Below are positions 56,677 through 64,000 of a DNA stretch of 64,000 nucleotides, piece after piece. The DNA is from Candidatus Zixiibacteriota bacterium. GTDB taxonomy: Bacteria > Desulfobacterota > Binatia > UBA9968. The notes under the pieces are model-generated. The model was not told where the DNA came from and did no database searches. It saw only the letters and a list, made by a program, of their open reading frames with translations. The stretch covers positions 209,741 to 273,740 of the forward strand of contig DATLYW010000012.1 in assembly GCA_035574315.1 (NCBI GenBank). The letters run 5' to 3'. The translations under genes and the position numbers were made by a program. How positions within the stretch are numbered: the first letter of the stretch is position 1; each line of letters opens with the position of its first letter.

Positions 56677-57900
56677 TCAGAGCGCCTGCAGCACGAGCTC
56701 GAGGAGATCCTGCGACGGCAGGGCACGCTCCAGGGCCGCAAAGCTCCGTCGGCAAAGCGCGCTCGTGGTGAGCACCAGCTCGGCGCCCGCCGCTTCCGCC
56801 TCCCGCATCCGGTCGGCGGCGTTCCATTGCGCCAGCTCCGGGTACGCTTCGGGAACTCCGCCCCCGCCGCCGCAGCACCAGGACCAGCGTCCATTGCGCT
56901 CCATTTCCCGCAGCTCCACCCCGGGCAGCATCCGCAGGAGATCTCGCGGCGCCCCGTAAACTCCGCAGCCGCGGCCGAGGTGGCAGGAGTCGTGATACGT
57001 GACGCGCCGTGGATTCCGCTTCGTGAAGCGGAGCCTGCCCTCGCGCGCCTGGCGTTCGACGTACTCGGTCCCGTGCAGGATCTCGACACCGGGATCTTTC
57101 TCCCGAGCGTATTCGCGCCACATCCGAAGACAGCTCCCGCAGGCGACCACGACGCGGCGCGCACCCGAGGCGGCGAGCTGCTCGAGGTTCGCCTTCCTCA
57201 AGCGCTCGAACTCGGCGCGAAAGCCCAGATCGAAGGCGTAAAGGCCGCAGCAGCGCTCCTCCGGTCCCATGATCGCGAAGTCCTCGCCGCACCGCTGCAT
57301 CAGCCTTGCGAGCGCGACGGCCGAGGCGCGTCCTTCTTCACGATCCGCCGAGCAGCCGGCGAACAACCACGTCGATGCTTTTCCCGCCTCGGCGAAGGTC
57401 CTCAGCCCGAGACCGGCCGCCCATCGGCCGCGCTCGGAGCGGGGCAGGGCCCAGGGATTGTCGTGCTGCCGAAGTCCTTCGAAGATCGGCCGGTGCGCCG
57501 CTATCGGACCCTCTTTTTCGGCGATCTCCTCGCGCATCGCCACCGTGATGTCCCAGGGGCCGTAGCCGTCGTTGCGCACGCCGCAAAGCTCCTGGCACAT
57601 CAGGCAATTGGTGCAGGTGTAGACGACCTCCTTGAGCTCCGGTGTGACGGCGTCGAGGCCGTGGAAGACCCGCTGGGCCATCAGCCACCGCGACTTCGGC
57701 GTGAAGCGCTGAAACCGGTAGAATTCGTACGGAGGGCATTTGCTGGCCGGCCCGGGAACGTCCTCGAAAGGATTTGCCGGCCCGTGGCCGTAGCACGAGC
57801 CGCAGAGCACGCAGCCCGCCCCGCGCGCACCGGTGTCTTTGGCATAAAGCCACCGCCGCACTCTCCGCAATCCGGAATCTTTCGTTTCGAGCCCGGCCAC
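56677..57900 (-). CDS. HdrD/GlpC-like (Fe-S)-binding oxidoreductase with two CCG domains
   Basis: CVLCGSC...CP, CTNCLMCQELC, AGC...RCCG...CGSC, YHDSCHLGR...WCCGGGGG. Start is uncertain (GTG 57900 or 57861) because the track's TTG at 57951 lies inside the promoter. Confidence 0.88.
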   Translation of the reverse strand: MAGLETKDSGLRRVRRWLYAKDTGARGAGCVLCGSCYGHGPANPFEDVPGPASKCPPYEFYRFQRFTPKSRWLMAQRVFHGLDAVTPELKEVVYTCTNCLMCQELCGVRNDGYGPWDITVAMREEIAEKEGPIAAHRPIFEGLRQHDNPWALPRSERGRWAAGLGLRTFAEAGKASTWLFAGCSADREEGRASAVALARLMQRCGEDFAIMGPEERCCGLYAFDLGFRAEFERLRKANLEQLAASGARRVVVACGSCLRMWREYAREKDPGVEILHGTEYVERQAREGRLRFTKRNPRRVTYHDSCHLGRGCGVYGAPRDLLRMLPGVELREMERNGRWSWCCGGGGGVPEAYPELAQWNAADRMREAEAAGAELVLTTSALCRRSFAALERALPSQDLLELVLQAL

Positions 57901-57919
57901 GATCTGCGCGCGAAAATTC

Positions 57920-57933
57920 GTTAAGGCCTTAAC
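57920..57933. promoter_or_regulatory. 14-bp perfect palindrome, candidate operator
   Basis: GTTAAGGCCTTAAC directly downstream of the -10 box of the operon promoter. Confidence 0.55.
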
Positions 57934-57961
57934 TTTATAACTCTGGAACAATCGCTGTCAA
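57934..57961 (-). promoter_or_regulatory. Sigma70-type promoter of the Fe-S/phosphorylase/isomerase/aldolase/ligase operon
   Basis: Minus strand TTGACA (57961-57956), N16, TATAAA (57939-57934); TAAAGT at N18 is an alternative -10. Confidence 0.65.
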
Positions 57962-57997
57962 CAAACCGCCGCGGCAAAGCGGCGCGCCGGTCGCCGC

Positions 57998-58456
57998 TCA
58001 ATTGGAGGCCGCCGAGGCGTCGTGGTTGAGCTTGCGCAGGAGCGCCGAGAGCTCTTTTTGCTGCGCCGGGTCGAGCGCCGAAAAGATCTGCGCCACGCTC
58101 CTTTCGAACAGCGGGATCGTGCTCTTGTAGAGCCGCACGCCCTTTTCGGTCAGCACCACGTGGACCACGCGCCGGTCGCGCTCGTCGCGCTTGCGGGCGA
58201 CGAGCTTTTTTTCTTCGAGCCGGTCGACGATCCCCGTCAGATTGCTCACGGTCACCATCATCTTGGCACCGATCTCGCCGAAAGGCAGACCTCCCGCGTA
58301 GCCGATGGTGGCGAGGACGTAGAATTGAGGGGGCGTGAGGTCAAGCTTTTCCAGGTCGCTTTCGAGCTTCTTGTGGGAGAGAAGGCTGAAGCGCAGAAAA
58401 CGAACCCATAAGCTTGTAGAATAGCGCGTGAAGAAAGGACGCTTTCCGACCGTCAC
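57998..58456 (-). CDS. MarR family transcriptional regulator
   Basis: LTPPQFYVL, NLTGIVDRLEEKKLVAR.RD..DRRVV.V.LTEKG; probable GTG start at 58456. Confidence 0.92.
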   Translation of the reverse strand: MTVGKRPFFTRYSTSLWVRFLRFSLLSHKKLESDLEKLDLTPPQFYVLATIGYAGGLPFGEIGAKMMVTVSNLTGIVDRLEEKKLVARKRDERDRRVVHVVLTEKGVRLYKSTIPLFERSVAQIFSALDPAQQKELSALLRKLNHDASAASN

Positions 58457-58463
58457 GGAAGCC

Positions 58464-58492
58464 AATGTAAACAGAGGGCCAGAAAAAAGCAA
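58464..58492 (-). promoter_or_regulatory. Sigma70-type promoter of marR, probably leaderless
   Basis: TTGCTT (58492-58487), N17, TACATT (58469-58464), 7 nt, then GTG at 58456. Confidence 0.6.
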
Positions 58493-58593
58493 ACGAGCAC
58501 GAGGGGTTGCGCGGCTCCAAAAGACCGGGTGAAACTACCTCGAGACCGGGGACCTGCACGGGCGTTCCGCCGGCGCCTGCCGGCGCCAGAAGG

Positions 58594-58692
58594 CTCGAAC
58601 GGAGCGCAGCGATGGACCGGTTTGAACTGCTTGAACGGGGCCCGGCGACCTTTGGGAGCGAAGCGCTTGGACCACTTGAACGGTTGGAACAT
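58594..58692. repeat. Degenerate 9-bp repeat lattice
   Basis: CTCGAACGG, ATGGACCGG, TTTGAACTG, CTTGAACGG, CTTGGACCA, CTTGAACGG, TTGGAACAT starting at 58594, 58612, 58621, 58630, 58666, 58675, 58684, all in one 9-nt phase. Confidence 0.55.
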
Positions 58693-58711
58693 CCGTCAGT
58701 AAGGAGGCCTT

Positions 58712-59443
58712 ATGAGGATGCGCATTCTCGGCTGCGGCGACGCCTTTGGAAACGGCGGCCGCAATCAAAGCGCCTATCTCGTGGAGGCGGCGGCGGGAAG
58801 GCTTCTTCTTGACTGCGGACCCGCGGCGCTTCTCGCCATGAAACGGGCCGGCTTCGACCCCTGCTCGCTCGATCTCGTCGTGCTGAGCCACCTCCACGGC
58901 GACCACATGGGCGGCCTTCCGTTCCTGTTCATTTCATACCTCTATGAGAAAGGCCCGTCCGGGCCGCTCACGATCGCCGGCCCCCCTGGCACGCAGGCGC
59001 GCGTTGTCGAGCTTTTCCGGGTCATGTACGGGGGCGGATCCGCACCGGAGCTTCCCGCGCTCCGCTTCTGCGAGCTCGAGCCGGGCCGGCCGACGACCTT
59101 CGGCGGGTTCGAGGTGCTCCCGTTTCGCGTTCCGCATCAGGTCCACGAGATCTCGCTCGCCCTGAAAATCCGCGGCGACGACAAGACGATCCTGTTTTCC
59201 GGTGACTCCGCCTGGACCGAGCTTTTCGTCGAGCACGCCCGCGGCGCGGATCTGTTTCTCTGCGAATGCTCGTTCTACGAGCGGGAAACCGCCAACCATA
59301 TGAGCTACTTACGATTGAGCGCCGAGATTGCGCGGCTTGGCTGCAAACGGGTCCTGCTCACCCATCTGGGCGCCGATGTCCTTGCCCGCCGGGCAGAGAT
59401 TGCGCTGCCGCTCGCCGAAGACGGGATGGTCGTGGAGATTTGA
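58712..59443 (+). CDS. MBL-fold metallo-hydrolase (RNase Z/ElaC-like)
   Basis: AAGGAGG RBS; LGCGDAF, LLDCG, SHLHGDHMGG, FSGDS, ADLFLCEC, LLTHLG. Confidence 0.88.
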   Translation: MRMRILGCGDAFGNGGRNQSAYLVEAAAGRLLLDCGPAALLAMKRAGFDPCSLDLVVLSHLHGDHMGGLPFLFISYLYEKGPSGPLTIAGPPGTQARVVELFRVMYGGGSAPELPALRFCELEPGRPTTFGGFEVLPFRVPHQVHEISLALKIRGDDKTILFSGDSAWTELFVEHARGADLFLCECSFYERETANHMSYLRLSAEIARLGCKRVLLTHLGADVLARRAEIALPLAEDGMVVEI

Positions 59444-59447
59444 GAGT

Positions 59448-60629
59448 CTAGCTGCGGGTTTCCCTCGGCCCGCTCGGCTGGGAGAGAGGCACCACGATCG
59501 CCTGATAGCCGATTTTCTGCCACACTTCGTAAGCCGCCCGGTGGGCCTCGCGCAGCCCGGCGTACGGCCCCAGCCGCACCCGGTAGGTCCTGTCGCCTTC
59601 CTTGAGCGAGGTGACCTCCAGAAAAGCCTCCAGGCCGGTCTCGGAGAATTGCCGGACCAACGCTTCCGCCCGCTCTCGCTCACGAAAAGAGCCGACCTGA
59701 ACCACGTACCCGTCGACCGCGCCGAGCGTTTCCTCGCGCGGCGCCGCGCGCTCCACCGCCGCCGAAACCGCCACCGCGGCTCCGTCGCTGCGTCGAGCGG
59801 TCTTCAAGGAATCGTAGTGGTCGAAACCGTATTCAAGCAGCCCCTTGGCGTCGCCCCAGAGATTGCGCGATCCGAGCAGAGAGACGATCAGCGTAACGCC
59901 GTTGCGCTCCACGGCCCCCACGAAGCACCTCTGCGCGGCGTGTGTGTAGCCGGTCTTTCCTCCGATGGCCCCGTCGAAGTTCCACAACAGGCGATTGTGA
60001 TTGCGCACCGAGATCAGCCGGTTTTTCCGTTTTTTTCGGCCGCCCGCGACGGATCGAACCGAGCCGATCTTGGTCTGCACGATCTGGCGGAAGGTCGGGT
60101 TTTTCATCGCGTAGCGGAAGATCAACGCGAGGTCCCGCGCCGTCGAGTAATGGTCGGGCGCGGTCAGCCCGTGCGGGTTCGTGAAATGAGTGTTGCGCGC
60201 GCCGATCTCGTGTGCCTTCTTGTTCATCAATTCGGCGAAATCCTCGACCGAGCCGGCCACACCCTCCGCGAGGACCACGCTCGCGTCGTTGGCCGAGGCG
60301 AGCAGCACGGCATAGAGGAGATCCTCCATGCTGATCGTCTGACCCGGCTGGAGATAGAGCTTGGATGCCGGCACCCGGGTCGCCTGCTTCGAGACCGTGA
60401 ACCGATCGGCCTGCGCGCGGCCGCTCTCCAGAGCGACGACGGCGGTCAGCACCTTGGTGGTGCTGGCCGGAGGCAGCCGCAGATCGGGATTTTTCTGCAG
60501 CAGAATTCTCCCGCTCGTGGCGTCCATGAGCAGGAAGGAACGCGCGGTGATGTCGTCTTCCGGAGAAAAAGACCACGCGCCGGAGCGCGCCAGCCCTACG
60601 AGGAACAAAACAACCGCCGAAAACCGCAA
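59448..60629 (-). CDS. D-Ala-D-Ala carboxypeptidase (S11) with C-terminal SPOR domain
   Basis: SxxK (PASTTK), SxN (SAN), KTG; SPOR-like YVVQVGSF...YRVRLGPY. A strong AGGAGG lies 10 nt before an in-frame CTG at 60647, a possible alternative start. Confidence 0.92.
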   Translation of the reverse strand: MRFSAVVLFLVGLARSGAWSFSPEDDITARSFLLMDATSGRILLQKNPDLRLPPASTTKVLTAVVALESGRAQADRFTVSKQATRVPASKLYLQPGQTISMEDLLYAVLLASANDASVVLAEGVAGSVEDFAELMNKKAHEIGARNTHFTNPHGLTAPDHYSTARDLALIFRYAMKNPTFRQIVQTKIGSVRSVAGGRKKRKNRLISVRNHNRLLWNFDGAIGGKTGYTHAAQRCFVGAVERNGVTLIVSLLGSRNLWGDAKGLLEYGFDHYDSLKTARRSDGAAVAVSAAVERAAPREETLGAVDGYVVQVGSFRERERAEALVRQFSETGLEAFLEVTSLKEGDRTYRVRLGPYAGLREAHRAAYEVWQKIGYQAIVVPLSQPSGPRETRS

Positions 60630-60783
60630 CGATCCGAAGTAGCGCAGCTTTCCCTTCCCTCCTTATTCCCCTTGGTGCGTAAGCCGTGAAAAAGCACGCC
60701 GGCACGGCGCCGGCACGACCTGCCTTATACCATATTTCACTCTCTGCGAACAGCGTTTTTCCGAGTCGAAACCGCTGTCTCGA

Positions 60784-60969
60784 TCAGCGGCCCGTCTTCG
60801 AAGGGTTCACGCCGTGACCTGCCAGCTCGGAGTCGGCTCGCTTTGCGGCCTCGGCCTGTTCTCCGAGCGCTTCCTTGCGAATGCGCTCCTGGCAGGGCTC
60901 GCAGATCCCGCCCTTGACGGTCACCGCCGGCTTCCCGCAGATCATGCACCTGGCTCGCGCCTGTTCCAT
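60784..60969 (-). CDS. Small CxxC-x10-CxxC zinc-finger protein (61 aa)
   Basis: ATG 60969 with GGAG; CMICG...ICEPC. Confidence 0.65.
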   Translation of the reverse strand: MEQARARCMICGKPAVTVKGGICEPCQERIRKEALGEQAEAAKRADSELAGHGVNPSKTGR

Positions 60970-61010
60970 GAGAACATCTCCTTGTATTTTTGCGCCGCGC
61001 CGAACACCGC

Positions 61011-61553
61011 TCACTTCAACACCTTCAGTTGCGCCGGGCTCTCGAGCACCACCTCGAGGCCGTACTGCGGATGATCTCTGATCTCGCCCTGGATCTCGAT
61101 CTCCTTCCCCTCGAGGCTCTTCGGCGGGAGCCGGCTCTTTTCGAACAGCTCGACCGCCGAAGCGAAGATGACCGCGGTCAATGCCTCTCGCGACGGCCCG
61201 AAATCGAGGAAGTAGGTGTTGCTCCTGGAGGAGTGGCCGACACGGAAGATTCTGCCGCGGATGCGCGCGCGCCGGCCGGCCAGCCCGCGGATGCGCTCCA
61301 CGTCGCGCGCCTCCAGAAGCGGCGCCTCCTCCGGGCCCGCTGCGCCCGGAGGAGAGGACGGCACGAAAACGACCGGAAAGCTCGCCGGCTCCCCGCCGGA
61401 GCTTTCCGGCATCCCCGCTCCGCTTTGCCGCCCGTCCGGTCGCGGCGCGTTCCAGCGCAGGTACAAGAACGGGATCGCCAGCCCCGCCACGAAAGCAGCG
61501 GCGGCGATCAGCGCCGTCCCGCGCGGCGATCGTGTCAGTTCTTTTTTTCCCAC
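61011..61553 (-). CDS. Membrane-anchored OB-fold-like protein
   Basis: N-terminal TM, Pro/Gly linker, beta-rich domain (V.GRIFRV...YFLDFG...AVIF...LEGKEIEIQGEI..H). Confidence 0.7.
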   Translation of the reverse strand: MGKKELTRSPRGTALIAAAAFVAGLAIPFLYLRWNAPRPDGRQSGAGMPESSGGEPASFPVVFVPSSPPGAAGPEEAPLLEARDVERIRGLAGRRARIRGRIFRVGHSSRSNTYFLDFGPSREALTAVIFASAVELFEKSRLPPKSLEGKEIEIQGEIRDHPQYGLEVVLESPAQLKVLK

Positions 61554-62068
61554 AGCCGCGTGAAAGCCTTGCGGTACTCTTCGGCCAGGGCGCCGGCGTT
61601 GCGGAACATCAGCAGGTTTTCCTCGTTAAACCGGTCGGCCGCGTACGTCCAGTTGTACGATCCGGTAAAGACGATGCTGCGATCGACGATCGCGAACTTC
61701 TGGTGCATCAGCCCTGCCTCCCCTTCGGCGCCGTCGCTTCTCGCTCCGGACACGCGGCGCACCGCCACCCTCTGACTCTCCAGGAATCTGCCCCTGGATC
61801 GCTCGTTGGCGGTGTCGAACTCCCGGTCGATGACGACCTGGACGTTCACCCCCCGCCGCTTTGCGCGCACCACGGCGTCCGCCAGCTCCTGGCTGGTGAA
61901 AGCGTACACCGCGATCAGCAGCTCTGTTTTCGCCCGATCGACCTCGCGAATGATGAGAGCGGAGCAGCGGGTCTGGGGGGTGAAGCAGGTCTGAACCACC
62001 GTGTCCGCAGCCGGCACCGCCGCCGCGAGGATGAGGTTCGAGAGCAGACCCCACGCAAGCCTGCGCAT
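61535..62068 (-). CDS. Phospholipase D-family single-HKD protein (Nuc/NucT-like nuclease)
   Basis: Signal peptide, CFTP, MHQKFAIVD, TGSYNWT.AA..FNEEN; ATG overlaps the holA stop. Confidence 0.88.
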   Translation of the reverse strand: MRRLAWGLLSNLILAAAVPAADTVVQTCFTPQTRCSALIIREVDRAKTELLIAVYAFTSQELADAVVRAKRRGVNVQVVIDREFDTANERSRGRFLESQRVAVRRVSGARSDGAEGEAGLMHQKFAIVDRSIVFTGSYNWTYAADRFNEENLLMFRNAGALAEEYRKAFTRLWEKKN

Positions 62069-63423
62069 CACGCCCGGACGACCCTCGCGGACGAACAGGA
62101 GACACCGCGGCCCAAACAAAGCTCCAGGATCAGCCGCTCCAGGACGAGGCGGGCCGGCTGGCCGCTGGACTTCAAGCGAAAATCGGCCTCGTGGACGGCG
62201 GCCAGCAGAGAACGCAGCGCGGCGAGCGAAAACTGCTCGGCGCGTTGCAGCGTCTTATAGTCCGCGTACGCGTTCCGGCCGAAGAGCGGCCCCTCCCCCC
62301 CCAGCACGGTCCGCTGGAACTGGTCGTAGCTCATCCGCGGACGCCACCGCCCGCGCAGCTCGCCCTCGATCAGCTGGCGCGCGGTCACGAGGCGGCGGAT
62401 CTCGGTGGCGATCGTTCCGAGCAGCCTGAGCGGCGGCTCGCCGCGGGCGATCAGCCGCGCCAGCTGGGAGAGCGCGGCCGGGGCGTTGCGGTCGCCGATC
62501 GCCTGCGTGAGGTCGAATATCCATCCCTCGCCGAGATCGCTGAAGCTCGCCGCAACGTCCTTTGCGCGGATGACCCGTTCCTCGCCGACGTAGATCAGGA
62601 GCTTTTCCAGCTCGTGCGCAAGCGGGCGCAGCGCCTCGCCGGCGCGTTGGAGGATCATTTCCCGCGCCGGCCCCTCCAGCGTCTTGCCCGAAGCGCTCGC
62701 CCAGCGGTTGATGTGGTCGAGAAGGCTTTCGCGCTTGACCCGCCCGCGGTCGCGATCGAGATCCACGAAAAGGACCGCGCCGGCTTCCTCGAGCTTCTTG
62801 TAGAGCCTGGTGCGACGGTCCACCTGGATCGCCGTGAGGAGGAGAAAGCTCCACGGGGGCATGGCGCCGTCGCACAGCTCGACGATTCCCGTTCCCTCCG
62901 ATTCTCGGCGTGGGCGGATTCCGAACCCGCGGCTGCGGCAGTGCGCCCAGATCGCGGCGATCTCCTCGCGCTCCGCGTGATCCTCGATTCCCGCCACCCC
63001 GTAGAGCGGCGCCGGCCCCTGCAGCTCCTCCCACTGCTGCTGCGTCCAGCCGTCCACCGCCAGGAGGTCCAGAAGCAGCCTTCCCGCCTCGTCCCTCTTG
63101 CCCTCGGCCCAGAGCTCCAGCGCCCGTTCGCTCAGCTCGCCCTTGTGCTCGCGCGAGAGAAAATAAGGGGCGTTCTCGACCCAGACCACCTTTCGGCCCG
63201 GGAAAAACGGCGCGATCCTGAGCGACCCGACGATTTCTTCCCAGGGGTTCGTGCGGCCGTCGAAGCGCTCCAGGTTGAAGGCGCGGTCGCTTTCCGGAAT
63301 CAGACGATCGATCAGCGCCTTGCAGACCTGCTCGACCCGCAGGCTGTCGCCGAATACCAGCAACAGCGGCGGCCCCTCGCCGCGCACGATCCGCTCGATG
63401 ACGGCCGACCGATCGCGTCTCAC
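62068..63423 (-). CDS. holA: DNA polymerase III subunit delta (with large insertion)
   Basis: LLLVFGDS, FNLERFDG, PFF..RKVV.V, DRRT.LYK, ELEKLLIYVG, IFDL..AI, LHEADFRLKSSG...LERLI. Confidence 0.88.
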   Translation of the reverse strand: MRRDRSAVIERIVRGEGPPLLLVFGDSLRVEQVCKALIDRLIPESDRAFNLERFDGRTNPWEEIVGSLRIAPFFPGRKVVWVENAPYFLSREHKGELSERALELWAEGKRDEAGRLLLDLLAVDGWTQQQWEELQGPAPLYGVAGIEDHAEREEIAAIWAHCRSRGFGIRPRRESEGTGIVELCDGAMPPWSFLLLTAIQVDRRTRLYKKLEEAGAVLFVDLDRDRGRVKRESLLDHINRWASASGKTLEGPAREMILQRAGEALRPLAHELEKLLIYVGEERVIRAKDVAASFSDLGEGWIFDLTQAIGDRNAPAALSQLARLIARGEPPLRLLGTIATEIRRLVTARQLIEGELRGRWRPRMSYDQFQRTVLGGEGPLFGRNAYADYKTLQRAEQFSLAALRSLLAAVHEADFRLKSSGQPARLVLERLILELCLGRGVSCSSARVVRA

Positions 63424-63484
63424 GGAAACCTCGCGCCGCTCGGCGCCGACCGGCGCCGGGCTGCCCGGCGCCGCGGCCCTGCTT

Positions 63485-63682
63485 TCAGCGCTTGGGCACC
63501 CACATCTGGTTTTTGTCGCTCCAGGTGTAATCGGACTTCCAGATCTTGAGGCCGATGGTGTACTTGCCGCCCGACTTCGAGACGAAAGCCCTTTCGCTGG
63601 AGTGAGGAACGTCCACCCGAGCGACGATGAACACCTTTTTGGAGATCCCCTTGTTGATGAGGACCCGATCGCCTTCCCGCAT
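63485..63682 (-). CDS. Small basic hypothetical protein (about 65 aa)
   Basis: MREGDRVLINKG...; beta-rich, Trp-containing; alternative ATG at 63712. Confidence 0.6.
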   Translation of the reverse strand: MREGDRVLINKGISKKVFIVARVDVPHSSERAFVSKSGGKYTIGLKIWKSDYTWSDKNQMWVPKR

Positions 63683-63785
63683 CGTCGTTCGGCTCTCCTT
63701 CTTCGCCTTCATCGAGGCCAAAATTAACACCGCGGGCCGCGGCGCGCAAATCTCGCGCCCCTCGACCGGGCGGCCGGCGGTCTCC

Positions 63786-63814
63786 TTGACAATCCGGGCA
63801 TCCTCTCTTATAGC
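63786..63814 (+). promoter_or_regulatory. Sigma70-type promoter
   Basis: TTGACA (63786-63791), N17, TATAGC (63809-63814). Confidence 0.55.
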
Positions 63815-63870
63815 TGATTCGTTTTTCGCACGGTCAGCTCTTTAGCGACGAGACACCGACGGAGGGAAAG

Positions 63871-64000
63871 ATGCGGCTTGTCACTTTTTCGCGCGCAAAC
63901 CAGCAACGCCTGGGGCTGGTCGGTCCCGGCGATCAGATCATCGACCTGGCCGAGGTCAACCAGCGCTACCTGCGTGGCGGCAAGCCCCCCTTTCTGGCCA
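63871..64000 (+). CDS. Probable fumarylacetoacetate hydrolase family protein, 5' end only
   Basis: GGAGGG RBS; MRLVTFSRANQQRLGLVGPGDQIIDLAEV is a typical FAH-family N-terminus; the catalytic domain is outside the window. Confidence 0.55.
   Translation, partial: MRLVTFSRANQQRLGLVGPGDQIIDLAEVNQRYLRGGKPPFLA

Noticed and set aside
57901-57951. ORF-track N-terminus (MFQSYKVKAL...) of the Fe-S protein
   Set aside because: It runs through the predicted -35/-10 promoter and the palindrome; the true start is probably downstream.
58712-59443. MBL hydrolase as a beta-lactamase or defence nuclease
   Set aside because: The motifs fit a cytoplasmic RNase Z-like protein, with no signal peptide and no defence-island context.
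61535-62068. PLD protein as DISARM DrmC or another anti-phage effector
   Set aside because: It has a signal peptide, is coupled to holA, and has no drm, methylase or helicase neighbours.

Overview
GC-rich bacterial chromosomal DNA made up of housekeeping and metabolic genes. By eye I found no rRNA, tRNA, CRISPR array, transposase, integrase or phage genes. Gene content and protein styles suggest a delta-proteobacteria-like organism, plausibly Candidatus Binatia; this is inference, not a database result. In order, the window holds: (1) gyrB-gyrA-gpsA-rpmH-rnpA-yidD-yidC-jag-ispG, all on the minus strand and detached from dnaA/dnaN/recF; (2) a cobamide uptake and salvage region with a degenerate extra CobS and two cobalamin riboswitches in series (riboswitch-tonB-riboswitch-btuB-cobU-cobT-cobS-btuFCD); (3) acyl-CoA dehydrogenases, one with non-decarboxylating glutaryl-CoA dehydrogenase signatures, and an SDR; (4) proteases (HtrA, LonC-type, M48-TPR, Hsp20-Lon); (5) assorted catabolic and unknown genes, including two paralogues of an uncharacterised helical family, a RibB fusion with a dead GTP cyclohydrolase II domain, a cytochrome c with a contracted CxCH motif, a stand-alone CimA/LeuA regulatory domain and a possible LAS-type zinc peptidase; (6) an actinobacterial-style PolA with Tyr at the E. 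coli F762 position; (7) holA with a PLD nuclease and an OB-fold protein. The best candidate for an undescribed system is the operon at 51.9-58.5 kb: MarR, HdrD-like Fe-S protein, nucleoside phosphorylase, MtnA-like isomerase with an internal domain duplication, class II aldolase fused to an SCP2 lipid-binding domain, and an acyl-CoA ligase. It has its own promoter with a palindromic operator candidate, and it looks like a DHAP-shunt-type nucleoside salvage route adapted to a hydrophobic substituent. All family assignments come from motif recognition without searches.
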